Shown here: positions 39,107 through 51,851 of the stretch, piece by piece
How the letters are laid out: each line of letters starts with the position of its first letter
Numbering within the stretch: the stretch's first letter is position 1
From: Octopus sinensis
Lineage: Eukaryota
DNA: 64,000 nucleotides
NCBI RefSeq assembly: GCF_006345805.1
Contig: NC_043020.1
Coordinates: 1 to 64,000 of the forward strand
Direction: 5' to 3'
Notes under the pieces: generated by a model
Database searches by the model: none
Told to the model about the DNA's origin: nothing
The model's input: only the letters and a program-made list of their open reading frames with translations
Position numbers and translations under genes: made by a program

Positions 39107-39360
39107 AGAACAGTGGTCCCGATGCGCGCTCTCGCGTATCTGCGCCAGCTAGTCATGACTAGTCGATCTTTTACTTTGCGTTTGTGTTATTTACTTTGTT
39201 TAGAAAATTATTTACTTTGTGTTTTTGTGTTTTGTTTAACAAAAATTATTTACTTTGTGCAAAAAAAAAAATTATCTATTTTGTGTTTTATTTACTTTGC
39301 TAGGTAGTCGTTGTAGGATCGACTAGTCACGACTAGCAAGCGCAGATGCGCGCACTGTTC
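39107..39360. mobile_element. Small MITE with GC-rich TIRs
   Basis: GAACAGTG..GCGTATCTGCGCCAGCTAGTCATGACTAGTCGATC versus GATCGACTAGTCACGACTAGCAAGCGCAGATGCGCGCACTGTTC. Confidence 0.75.
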
Positions 39361-39753
39361 GTTAGTAGTACCATATCCCCCTTAATTTTTTTCCAATTCT
39401 GTCTAGTCTTCCCCAGCGAACCCTCTCTATATTTCCCCTAGGGTTGCCCTATATCCGTATTTTCCAGGTCTTATCCTGGATTCAGCTAACAGAATTTCCG
39501 TCCGGGAAGAACATTCAAAATTCTTCAAAAATCCGGATTTCAGCTTCCGTAACTTAAAATATTATGTGTTTATATGTATTATACAGGCGCATGCGTAGTT
39601 GTGCGGTATTGAGCTTACTTCCTAAACACATGGTTCCGGGTTCAGTCACACGGTGTGGCGCCTTCTGCAAGTGTCTTCTATAGCCTCAGGCCGACCTCTG
39701 CCTTCGTGAGTGGATTTGGTAGACGGAAACTGAAAGTCTGTCGCGCGTGTATG

Positions 39754-39785
<32 letters not shown>

Positions 39786-39857
39786 ATATATATATATGTA
39801 AATCTATGCATGTAACTATACAGGCATAAACATATACTATTATACATACATACATAC

Positions 39858-39899
<42 letters not shown>

Positions 39900-40184
39900 C
39901 ACGCGGGCGCGACAGACTTTCAGTTTCCGTCTACCAAATCCACTCACAAAGGCTTAGGTCAGCCCGAAGCTATAGAAGTATTTGTTTTCACCCCCAAACC
40001 AGTTTGGTGGGTAACTTAGCGGATAGGTTAACTACTAGGCTTTATAAAATACTAAGTCTTAGGGTTGATTTGTTCAACTAAAAAACCCTCCAAGGGGCTG
40101 TCCCAGCAAGGCTGCAGCCAGCTGACTCAAACAAATAAAATAAAGAATAAAAAAATAAAAAGTAAAAAAAAAAAAATGTATGTA

Positions 40185-40600
40185 GGTGCAGGCGTGGCTG
40201 TGTGGTAAGTAGCTTGCTTACCAACCACATGGTTTCGGGTTCAGTCCCACTGCGTGGCACCTTGGGCAAGTGTTTTCTACTATAGCCTCGGGCCGACCAA
40301 AGCCTTGTGAGTGGATTTGGTAGACGGAAACTGGAAGAAGCCCGTCATATATATGTATATATATGTATGTGTGTGTGTTTGTGTGCCTGTGTTTGTCCCC
40401 CTAGCATTGCTTGACAACCGATGCTGGTGTGGTTATGTCCCCGTTACTTAGCGGTTCGGCAAAAGAGACCGATAGAATAAGTACTGGCCTTACAAAAGAA
40501 TAAGTCCGGGGGTCGAGTTGCTCGACTAAAGGCGGTGCTCCAGCATGGCCGCAGTCAAATGACTGAAACAAGTAAAAGAGTAAAGAGAGTAAAAGAGAGT
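40185..40600 (+). mobile_element. SINE family B, complete copy, followed by a second partial copy to about 40935
   Basis: Matches the family B head, CORE-like body and GTAAAAGA tail repeats. Confidence 0.9.
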
Positions 40601-41131
40601 ATGTAGGTGCAGGCGTGGCTTTGTGGTTAGAAACTTGCTTCCCAACCTCATGATTCCGGGTTCCATCCCACTGCGTGGCACCTTGGTCGAGTTTTTTTTA
40701 CTATATACAGAAATTGAAAGCTCGTTATACGCTTGTCCTCCATCACTTGACTATCAGCGTTGGTTTGTTTATGTACCTATAGTCTGTACCTATGTACCTA
40801 TAATCTAGCGGTTCGGCAAACGGCACCGATATAATAAAAGACCAGGCTTTAGTGAAATATGCACCCGAGTCGATTCATTCGACTAGAACATTTCAAGGCG
40901 GTGCTCCAGCATGGCCGCAATCTAAAGGCTGAAAAGAAAAGATTATGTATGTATGTATGATGATGCAAAGAGGGAAAATAGAACCCATGTATTTTAAGAA
41001 TATTTTGCGGGAAACAGTGACTCAAGGGCCGAGAGTTTCGTACGTTTGCACTTACCAAACTAGTTAGGGATTCAGGAGTTGTGAAATTTATATACCAGTG
41101 ACAATGTGTGTGTGTGTGTGTGTGTGTATGT

Positions 41132-41345
41132 CAGGGTTGTGGAGTCGAAGTCGGAAACAAGGGATAGCTGGAGTCGGAGTCACTCACAATGTCTTTATTC
41201 TTTAATATAAACCAATTTATAACATAAAGGCCTACTCAGAGTACAAGCGTATGCATATGCTTTCTGAGATATGTAGACCACAATCATTTAATTACATAAA
41301 GAGGACTCGGAGTCGAAGTTTTTTTGTTTCAACTCCACAGCCCTG
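41132..41345. mobile_element. hAT-type MITE
   Basis: TIR CAGGG(T/C)TGTGGAGT. 8-bp TSD GTGTATGT/GTGTATAT. Confidence 0.85.
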
Positions 41346-41375
41346 GTGTATATAAGTGTGTGTATATATATATAT

Positions 41376-41723
41376 GATTCCTAACTACTCCCACATTTTG
41401 CGGTGCAGTTTAACCAAAAGCGGGTATCTTATAGTCGTGATTCATATCAAGCCCTTCTGGGTATTAGCGCGCATCTACGATGAGTCTACGATTTAAAAAA
41501 AAAATTACCATAATTTTTTCCCATTTTTAATGCATTTTTTTGCTATTATATAAGGGAAGTAACTCTCTAAAAATGTATTATTAAATCTCAGAACGTAAAA
41601 AGCTACAGTAACACCCCCTTTGTGGTTAGCCATATTGAGATGGCTATTATACTTTACATCTCTAAAAATGCTTATATAGTTATTTCCCTTACAAACCCGA
41701 GCAACGCCGGGCGATACTGCTAG
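41376..41723 (+). mobile_element. Non-autonomous Helitron
   Basis: 3' hairpin CCCGAGCAACGCCGGG followed by CTAG|T. Homologous to 47650-48042 and 54648-55049. Confidence 0.85.
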
Positions 41724-41769
<46 letters not shown>

Positions 41770-41772
<3 letters not shown>

Positions 41773-42282
41773 GAAAGGCCCAATGCGTGTGTTGTTTGAG
41801 GGCCATGGAGAGTCATGGTGAATGTCAGTAACTTTGTCCTGAATTTTGGACTGTTCAGATATGACAATACTAATCCCCTGCCCCTCCGACAGTGTAATGT
41901 CCACTTCTGTCAACTCCTTATTTCTCATTATTTTAACACTGACCCCTACAAGGGTTCTCCTGTCAACTACATATCCTCCCCACCTTTTGTTTCTCGACGA
42001 ATTTTCTCAGTATTCCTTCTTTCGATTGTTTACTCCTTGTTTCCTGACCCACGACACTCCAGCATACTTGCACGAGTGTATCCCTTCCCCGCCGTCTTTG
42101 TTTCCTCATAACTTTCAGAAAAATGATACCTTTTTTTTTTAATGAAAATTTCTCCAAATACATTTGAGATATTGTAGATTCCAGTTATATCGGAATTTGT
42201 TGTGAAAATTCTCTTTTGGAAGGTATGGAGGCGAAGAATTTCAGATAATTCATACAAATCCCCTTTATTGCCACATAACCTA

Positions 42283-42329
<47 letters not shown>

Positions 42330-42864
42330 TATATATATTATACACACACACACACACGAAAGGCCCAATGCGTGTGTTGTTTGAGGGCCATGGAGAGTCA
42401 TGGTGAATGTCAGTAATTTGTCCTGAATTTTGGACTGTTCAGATATGACAATACTAATCCCCTGCCCTCCGACAGTGTAATGTCCACTTCTGTCAACTCC
42501 TTATTCTCATTATTTTAACACTGACCCCTACAAGGGTTCTCCTGTCAACTACATATCCTCCCCACCTTTTGTTTCTCGACGAATTTTCTCAGTATTCCTT
42601 CTTTCGATTGTTTACTCCTTGTTTCCTGACCCACGACACTCCAGCATACTTGCACGAGTGTATCCCTTCCCCGCCGTCTTTGTTTCCTCATAACTTTCAG
42701 AAAAATGTACCTTTTTTTTTTTAATGAAAATTTCTCCAAATACATTTGAGATATTGTAGATTCCAGTTATATCGGAATTTGTTGTGAAAATTCTCTTTTG
42801 GAAGGTATGGAGGCGAAGAATTTCAGATAATTCATACAAATCCCCTTTATTGCCACATAACCTA

Positions 42865-42910
<46 letters not shown>
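41770..42910. repeat. Near-perfect tandem duplication, ~585-bp unit ending in (TA)n(CA)n
   Basis: Units start ACGAAAGGCCCAATGCG at about 41771 and 42356. The differences I saw are single-base indels. Confidence 0.92.
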
Positions 42911-42912
<2 letters not shown>

Positions 42913-43315
42913 TATATATATATATATATATGCATTTATGTATTTGTTTTGTATATTCCGATTAAATCGGAATTTGTTATAAAATAGTTTTCGGATTAGG
43001 CGTGGGTGAGTTGAATAATTTCAGATAGTTCACAATTGTCGACTTTGTTTCATCTGATCTTTGAGAAGAATAGGTGGGTTTTTTTAACGAAATTTTCAAC
43101 AAATACCATTCTGATGATGTAGATTACGATTATACCGGAATTTAATGTGGAAAAAAAAAATGTTGATGGATGCACTCGCATACATACTTAACACATCACA
43201 TTCTTTTTTTTCAACAAGCTCGTTTGTGATATGTGTCAGGGTCCACCAAATATGCATGAGGGTCCACCAATTATTATTGTTATTCTGAAAGACTCTCGGA
43301 TAGTTCTTAATTACC

Positions 43316-43726
43316 TTTTTCTTTACTACCCACAAGGGGCCAAACAGAGAGAGGAGAAACAAAGACAGACAAACGGATTAAGTCGACTATATCGACGCCA
43401 GTGCGTAACTGGTACTTATTTAATCGACCCCGAAAGGATGAAAGGCAAAGTCGACCTCGGCGGAATTTGAACTCAGAATGTAACAGCAGACGAAATACCT
43501 ATTTCTTTACTACCCACAAGGGCCTAGACACAGAAAGGTCAAACAAGGACAGACAAACGGATTAAGTCGATTATATCGACCCCAGTGCGTAACTGGTACT
43601 TAATTTATCGACCCCGAAAGGATGAAAAGCAAAGTCAACCTCGGCGGAATTTGAACTCAGAACGTAGCGGCAGTCGAAATATTGGTAAGCATTTCGCCCG
43701 AGTGCTAACGTTTCTGCCAGCTCGCC
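43316..43726 (-). mobile_element. SINE A dimer (full copy + 5'-truncated unit)
   Basis: TSD TAGTTCTTA(A/G)TTACC at 43301-43315 and 43727-43741. Junction CGAAATACC|TATTTCTTTAC at 43499/43500. Confidence 0.9.
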
Positions 43727-44332
43727 TAGTTCTTAGTTACCGGTTATTCTTTACTTGAAAGCAGGCAATAACAAATCACCAAAGGTTTCAAGTAGTGCCT
43801 TCTCCTTTGACTCAAAGAGACAATACTCTCTTTGGAATGCGAGCTGTACCCAATAAAGCTGTCTTCTGGATCACCTCGGCCTAACAGCAGCTCCAATATT
43901 CTCAATATGTTTTTCAAAGCCCGGATCTTTTCCGTTTGAACGGCAGTTTTTTCTAGCGGTGTCATATGAAGTTGTCACCATTAATTATGACCCCAGAATC
44001 GATCTGTTGCATTTCAATCTCTTTTAGGGTTAGGGGTCGTATATATGTATATAAATATATATTTTTGTTTGTGTGTCTGTGTTTATCCCCCAAAATCGCT
44101 TGACAACCGGTGCCGCAGTCAAATGACTGAAACAAGTAAAAGAGTAAAAGAGAGACTCTGTACTTCTCACTTCCATGTTTTCGTGACTGTCCCCCACACT
44201 CTTTCACGTTTTCGTGATTCCTTCACGTTTCTGTTGTTCACATTTATCTCTCTGTCTCTTTCATATCAGATTTTTTTTTGTCCTTCACGTCTTTATATTT
44301 CACACTTTAACCGCCGTATCTCTTTCTCTCCT

Positions 44333-44933
44333 AAGGCGGCGAGCTGGCAGAAACGTTAGCACGCCGGGCGAAATGCGTAGCCGTATTTCGTTTGCCGTTA
44401 CGTTCTGAGTTCAAATTCCGCCGAGGTCGACTCTGCCTTTCATCCTTTCGGGGTCGATTAAATAAGTACCAGTTACGCACTGGGGTCGATATAATCGACT
44501 TTATCCGTTTGTCTGTCCTTGTTTGTCCTCTCTGTGTTTAGCCCCTTGTGGGTAGTAAAGAAATAGGCATTTCATTTGCCGTTACGTTCTGAGTTCAAAT
44601 TCCACCGAGGTCGACTCTGCCTTTCATCCTTTCGGGGTCGATTAAATAAGTACCAGTTACGCACTGGGGTCGATATAATCGACTTAATCCGTTTGTCTGT
44701 CCTTGTTTGTCCTCTCTGTGTTTAGCCCCTTGTGGGTAGCAAAGAAATAGGTATTTCATTTGCCGTTACGTTCTGAGTTCAAATTCCGCCGAGGTCGACT
44801 CTGCCTTTCATCCTTTCGTGGTCGATTAAATTAAGTACCAGTTACGCACTGGGGTCGATGTAATCGACTTAATCCGTTTGTCCTTGTTTGTCCCCTCTGT
44901 GTTTAGCCCCTTGTGGGTAGTAAAGAAATAGGC
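44333..44933 (+). mobile_element. SINE A trimer (full copy + two 5'-truncated units)
   Basis: TSD ATCTCTTTC(T/C)CTCCT at 44318-44332 and 44934-44948. Junctions AAAGAAATA|GG(C/T)ATTTC at about 44567 and 44750. Confidence 0.92.
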
Positions 44934-45637
44934 ATCTCTTTCCCTCCTCTCTCCCACCTACTCTACTTCCCTCTTAATCAGGGTATTGTCTCTCTGATCC
45001 TCTATTTTCTGCACCCTCCAATTTCCACCCCACTCTCTCTATCACTTACGATAAATTTCTACTAATATACCCCGTACAACTCACCCAAAGGAATTAAAAT
45101 AACTGCACATCCCTCCCTCTTTTCTTCCTTCCATCCTTCCTCCCTTCTCTCGTCTACTGACTCCCACCCCGTTACTATGCTCCGCCATCTAATACTCCAT
45201 CGTGTGTACCTCACCACTTCGTGTTCATTACTATCTCCGAAAGCAGTCGACGTCGTCTTTAGATAACATTTTACACACAAGCGGAACGAGTATTTATTTA
45301 TCCTGTAGCGATAATACAGACCTACTTACCGACATGCCTATTTGATTTCCCCGACTCCGTCTCTCTTCCACGTTTTTTTTCTTCTTTCTCTTTCATTCAG
45401 GCGATATCAGTTTTTTCTTTGCTCTGCACGTGGGGTACGAAAAAAAAAAAGTTTTCTATGTGGAATGTATCCGTGTATCTGCACGTATGTATGTATCTCT
45501 TATCTTTTACTGGTTTTCGTGATTAATTGCGGCCATGCTGGGCTACGGCCTTGAATTTTTTTGTCGAATGAATCGACCCCAAAACTGAAATTTTTATGGG
45601 CTTACACCTACCTGGTTCTTATTCTGTCGGTTACTTT

Positions 45638-46646
45638 GACGAAATTCTGCCTTAAGCACGCCATATAACGGTCAGCAACTTTTTTAGTTTGGGGATTTTT
45701 CAGAAAATTTTTGCAAATTGACTTCTACACACGGGAATTCATACAATTGTACTAAAACAAAGACATTTTTTGTTGTGTGATTTAAGGGCAATTTAGCTGC
45801 TATTTTGGATATTTTCCTTGTGAACGGCACTTTGTAACATAATTTCTAGGTAACTAAAAAGTTTTAAACTTCGTATACTGGTACAATGTGTTTATAAAAC
45901 ATTTTCTCTTGGTTTTATTGAGAAAATTCTAGAGTTTGTAAGATATTTCGTCTGAAATTTCGAGCATTTCGGCAATTTTAACCAATCGATTACCTCCATT
46001 GAGCTAAAATCATTTGCTGCGTCTAAAACTGAGACAACATCCTGTCACTAACCCTAAACCTCACCCTAACCCTAAATATTTTTTTCTTAATTGTTAAATT
46101 AATTTAATTGTTTCGTTTTTTTTTACACGCGTAACAATTAAGAAAAAAAAATTAGGGTTAGAGTTAGTGACAGGATGTTGTCTCAGTTTTAGACGCAGCA
46201 AATGATTTTAGCTCAATTAGAGGCGATTCATTGGTTAAAATTCGAAAAATTAAACTACGTTAAACAAACGAATTACAATTTTCTCAAGAAAGCCAAGAGA
46301 AAAAAAATGTTTTATTTTGACACATTCTACCAGTATACGAAGTTTTAAAGTGTTGAGTTAACTAGAAATTGTATGCCGTTCAAAAGGAAAAGATCCGCTA
46401 TTTTAGCACATCTTTCTTCTCATAAACACATTTAATGGTTTATTGCTAAGATTTAAGCCAAAAATTCGGACTGTCCATATTTTAAAGAGTGATTTTTTTT
46501 TATGTGTAAAATTTATATATATATATTAATTTCGTGTGAATTCCTGTGTGTAGAAATACAAATTTGCAAAAATATTCTGAAAATTCCCCAAAATAAACAA
46601 GTTATGACTAGTTAGTTATATGACATGTTTAAAGTAGAATTCCGCA
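45638..46646. mobile_element. ~1-kb nested fold-back element: outer GG(C)GGAATTCTGC-type TIRs, inner GGATC-family arms, central CCCTAA/TTAGGG palindrome
   Basis: Outer arms GAAATTCTGCCTTAAGCACGCCATATAAC.. and ..GTTATATGACATGTTTAAAGTAGAATTCCGC. Inner palindrome GAGACAACATCCTGTCACTAACCCTAA..TTAGGGTTAGAGTTAGTGACAGGATGTTGTCTC. Confidence 0.75.
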
Positions 46647-46740
46647 TGTGTCTTCTCTGGCATTGGGAAGAGACACGTGGGTTAGAGAATCGCTGAAGTC
46701 ATAGGATGTGTGACGAAAAAGCTTTGCCAAAGAAATTAAC

Positions 46741-46775
<35 letters not shown>

Positions 46776-47234
46776 GCTGAAGTGAAACCAAATATGCAGT
46801 GCGTGTGTAATTGGCAAAATATGACCGTCCCCAAGTATAACAAAATCTGTTTCAACACACGATTTCACATCAGGAACCTTACAAAACAAATACATAAATG
46901 CATTTTTTCTTCTTTCTCTCTTCCTTCTTCCTTTCCTTTTCTATTCCATTAATACCTCTTTCAGATACAAAAGCACACACACACACACACACACGCACGC
47001 ACGCACTCACTTTCTCCCCATTCCTCACCCTCTTGTACTATCTTATATCTCTCTCCACCCCTACACATTCAATAATACTATAAAAAGAGACAAAATTCCC
47101 GAAAAATTTCAATCTGACGACTCCACTAGAGTGGACGCAAGCGCTTAATATATGATGTGACATATTAATCAATATCTAAATATAAAACCATCCAGATTTC
47201 TGGGTACCTTATTTCTTCTAATATATATATATAT

Positions 47235-47630
47235 TTACTCTTTTACTTGTTTCAGTCATTTGACTGCGGCCATGCTGGAGCACCGCCTTTAGTCGAGCAA
47301 ATCGACCCCAGGACTTATTCTTTGTAAGCCTAGTACTTATTCTATCGGTCTCTTTGCCGAACCGCTAAGTTACGGGGACGTAAACACACCAGCATCAAGC
47401 GATGTTGGGGGGACAAACACACACACACAAGCACACACCTACATATATATACACATACATATATACGACGGGCTTCTTTCAGTTTCCGTCTACCAAATCC
47501 ACTCACAAGGCTTTGGTCGGCCCGAGGCTATAGTAGAAGACACTTGCACAAAGTGCCACGCAGTGGGACTGAACCCGGAACGATGTGATTGGTAAGCAAA
47601 CTACTTACCACACAGCCACTTCTGCGCCTA
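47235..47630 (-). mobile_element. SINE family B, complete copy
   Basis: Matches 40185-40600 in reverse orientation. Confidence 0.9.
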
Positions 47631-47649
47631 TATTATATATATATATATA

Positions 47650-48042
47650 CTAGCTGTATCGCCCGGCGTTGCTCGGGTTTGTAAGGGAAATAACTATATA
47701 AGCATTTTTAGAGATGTAAATTATAATAGCCATCTCAATATGGCTAACCACAAAGGGGGGGGTGTTACTGTAGCTTTTTACGTTCTGGGATTTAATAATA
47801 AATTTTAGAGAGTTACTTCCCTTATATATGCCAAAAATGCATTAAAAATGGGAAAAATTGATGGTAATTTTTTTTTTTAAATCGTAGACTCATCGTAGAC
47901 GCGCGCTAATACCCAGAAGGGTTTCGATATGAATCACGACTATAAGATACCCGGTTTTGGTAACACTGCACCGCAAAATGTGGGAGTAGTTAGGAATCTA
48001 AATTGTAGGAGACAGACACAACCTTTCTTTTATATATAAAGA
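47650..48042 (-). mobile_element. Non-autonomous Helitron, complete
   Basis: 5' TC..TATATAAAAG and 3' hairpin + CTAG, inserted in a TA context. Confidence 0.88.
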
Positions 48043-48705
48043 TATGGACTCTCTCGTCGTTATGTATGAGGGTTCGGCAATTCCTTGATCAAATGTTTCT
48101 GTTCACATAAGATCGCTCCCTCCATCAGATCGACATTACCTGTGTAGGTGCAACGGGTGCCACGTGTCAGATGACGAAATGATCGCAGAGCAACGTGATA
48201 TGAAGTGCTTTGCTCAAGAATAGAACGCAACGCCCGGTTTGGGAATCGAAACCGCGGTCACGCAGTCGTGAATGCAACACCCTAACCACTGAGCCATGCG
48301 CCATTCACACACATCTATACACACGCGCACGAGACTCTAGCCCCCCCCACATAGTGAAGGTTGATACTTTTACTTAGATTGTTGTGTTCACCGAGCCATC
48401 AAACAAACCACGACATGTCTCACGATCCTGAGAACACAAGCGAAACTCCAGACTAGCAAGAAACTGACTCGACCATACACTCATACACACACACACACAC
48501 ACACCCACACACACCCACACACGTATTTAGTAATGTGCTGAATAGTATTTCTGGGCATGGCACCCTTTCTGAAATTTTCCCGGTTTTCTCACGCTTGACC
48601 GTTAATCTCTTCCTTTCTGTTAAAACGGGCGAGCACGTGTTTGTGTGTTTCAATGACAGTCAACAAGGTCGTGTGACCCGTGAGAACTTGTTCTGAGCCG
48701 TGAGA

Positions 48706-49000
48706 TCATCATCATCATCATCATCATCATCATTTAACGTTTGCTTTTCATGCTGACATGGGTTGGACAGAAGCTGGTTAGGCAGAAGACCGCACCAGGC
48801 ATTCAGTATTTGTTTTGACATGGTTTTTACGATTGGATGCCTTTCTTGACGCAACCACTTTACAGTGGTTTTTTTTTTTACGTGGCACCAGCACTGGCAG
48901 GGTCACCGAGGAACTTGCAAAGCAAAGGTCCTTTGACAGAGAAGGGGGCATTGAAGGAGGTGACTTTGTGCCAGGTGATGACAGGTTAAAAGTGTGACAG
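48706..49000 (-). mobile_element. RTE-type 3'-UTR/tail fragment with (GAT)n
   Basis: CATCAT..TTTAACGT..CATG..GGGTTGGAC..TGGATGCC.TTC motif shared with the 55.4 kb LINE tail. Confidence 0.7.
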
Positions 49001-49866
49001 AGAGACCTGGTGAATTTAGAGTGCACATAGAGTTTCGTTACAAGCATTTGCTCTGTGTTCACATTATGTAATAAAGTCCTCCGTCGAAGAGCCGTTGTGC
49101 ATCTGCATCCAAATGCACTAGCAACACCCTCTGCTGGGAATGCAAAAAGCCACAATGGTGAATCGTGCGTAGGGAACACTGGTATAAACAACCTCTTGTA
49201 TGCATCATACTTTTTTCCTATTCACGCGCGCGCACACACACAATGGGCTTCTTTCAGTTTCTGTCTATCACAATCCACTCACAAGGCTTGGTCGGTCCGA
49301 GGCTATAGTGGAAGACACCTGTCCGAGGTGCCACGTAGTGGGACTGAACTTGGAACCATGTGGTTGGTAAGCAAGCTACTTACCACGCAGCCATACCTAT
49401 GCAATATCCCTGCGTCACACCTTGGACAACTATCTTCTATAGTCCCGAGCTGACCAACACCTTGTGAAGGAATTTGGTAGACGGAAACTTGGACGATGTC
49501 TTTTACTCTAGCCTCGGGCCGAACAAACCTTCGTGAGTGAATTTAGTAGATGGAAACAGAAAGAAGCCTGTCGTGTATATGTATATATGTGTGTGTGTCT
49601 TAGTTTGTCCCCTACCACCGCTTGACGACCGGTGTTGGTGAGCTTACGTTCCTGTAACTTAGCGGTTCGACCCAAAAGACCGATGGAGTAATTACTAGGC
49701 AATTACTAGGCTTTAAAGGAAAAAAAGTTCTAGGGGCGATTTGTTCGACTAAAATCCTTCGAGGTGGTGCTACAGCATGGCCGCAGCCAAATGACAAACA
49801 AGTAAAAGAGATAGACAGATTAAAAGTTAAAGATAAAACTACAAAAGTCAACTAAACATACACTGA

Positions 49867-49898
<32 letters not shown>

Positions 49899-49914
49899 GA
49901 CAAAATTGTGTGTG

Positions 49915-49950
<36 letters not shown>

Positions 49951-50267
49951 TGTGTCCTATATATCTTTTAATTCATTTCTATTTACTGACTTTAATCTTC
50001 GGTCTCATCTTTCTCTTCGTCTTTGTCAGCATCCTCTCTCGGTCTTGACACCGTGCCCTAAAAAAACTAATTTTTGACACTCTTCATCCTTTTATAATTA
50101 CATCCGTTCATAAGCCGGCGAACTTGGCCGAATCGTTTATACGTCGGACAGAAATGCTTCGCGGCGGCATTTCCTGATTTCAAATTCCGTTGATCTCGAC
50201 TTCACCTTCCATCCTTTCAGGGTCGATCGACTGTATCATCTAATGTGACCCTCACCTTTGAAGCCTT

Positions 50268-50668
50268 GGATCTCTTCGGTTTGAACGGCAGTTTTTTCTA
50301 GCGGTGTCATATGAAATTGTCACCCATAATTATGACCCTAGTATCGATCTATTGCATTTCAATCTGTTTTAGGGTTAGGGTATATTTTTTTTTCTTCAGA
50401 TATGTAAATAAACCCAATCTGTTTCTTAAACGAGGGACATATTCATACGGCGCAGAATACTTTTTACCTCAATAGACGTCACTGATTGGTTGAAATTGCA
50501 GAAAGTGAAGAAAAAAAACAACAAATATCTTACAAACTATAGAATTTTCTCCATAAAGCCAAGAGAAAAAAATGTTTTATAAACACATTCTACCAGTATA
50601 CGAAGTTTTAAAATGTTTAGTTCCCTAGAAATTATTTTAAAAAACTGCCGGTCAAACCGAAAAGATCC
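50268..50668. mobile_element. GGATC-terminal MITE, complete copy with only two TTAGGG units
   Basis: Collinear with 23224-23688. Flanks GAAGCCTT/CAAGACTT (6/8 match). Confidence 0.85.
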
Positions 50669-51404
50669 CAAGACTTTAATTTGAGGGAAATTTGGCTGCT
50701 ATTTTTTTTTTCTTTTTTGAGCGACTGTCTACAAATAGAGAGAGAGGAACGTAGGCAAAGGAGGAGACCCGCCGATCTCTCATTGACATTTTGCAAAGTT
50801 AGCATGTGGAGAGAGAACTTAGTGCACGAACCGCGTTAGTCCTCACCCTCCGTCGCCACCACCTCTGTATCTTCCTAATCAACGTTGCTATCACCGCCGC
50901 ATCCACCACTTTTACCGCCCTCAACTATAGCAGAGAGGGAGAAAGAGAGAGAGAGACTAAAGTAACGTGTAGTGGCTGATCGCTGGTGACGCTTCTCTTT
51001 TTGACATGTACTTTTGTCTCTACTAACTTACTTACTTATATACATGTACAAAACTGTCAGTAGTTCGGAGCCTTTTAAAAAGTTTGTTTCATATCTTCAT
51101 ACTATTGTTGAAAGACTGATAATAGTAGTACTTACTAGTTTCTGTGTTAGTTACTTCTCTACAAAGGAACTTTAGCGATTCATTTAACGAAAGAAGAACT
51201 TTTATATAAAAAAAGTAAGTTTTCCTTTTGTTGCGATAACACTTAATACACACTGCTACACTCATTCATTCACACTTACCACTTTTTAAAGATTATATGC
51301 TTTTTTTTTTGCTTTCGTTATAGATTTTCCTACTATATCTATATACATACGTACACACACACACACACTTTTTCACCTTGAATTTGAATCCTCTCAAATA
51401 CTCT

Positions 51405-51810
51405 CTCTCTTTTACTCTCTTTTACTTGTTTCAGTCATTTTGACTGCGGCCATGCTGGAGCACCGCCTTTTAGTCGAGCAAATCGACCCCGGGACTTATT
51501 CTTTGTAAGCCCAGTACTTATTCTATCGGTCTCTTTTTGCCGAACCGCCAAGTGACGGGGACGTAAACACACCAGCATCGGTTGTCAAGCGATGCTAGGG
51601 GGACAAACACAGACACACAAACATATACACACACACTTATATATATAGATATATACATATATACGACAGGCTTCTTTCAGTTTCCGTCTACCAAATCCAC
51701 TCACAAGGCATTGGTCGGTCCGGGGCTATAGCAGAAGACACTTGCCCAAGATGCCACGCAGTGGGACTGAACCCGGAGCCATGTGGCTGGTTAGCAAGCT
51801 ACTTACCATA
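51405..51810 (-). mobile_element. SINE family B, complete copy
   Basis: Family B consensus blocks. Confidence 0.9.
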
Positions 51811-51851
51811 CTGTTTGTATTTTTTATTTTTATTTCGGTGTTTCGGATATG

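Noticed and set aside
48778-49453. Overlapping 130-aa ORFs on both strands
   Set aside because: Largely built from an RTE tail and SINE B sequence. The unique middle part gives no recognisable peptide.
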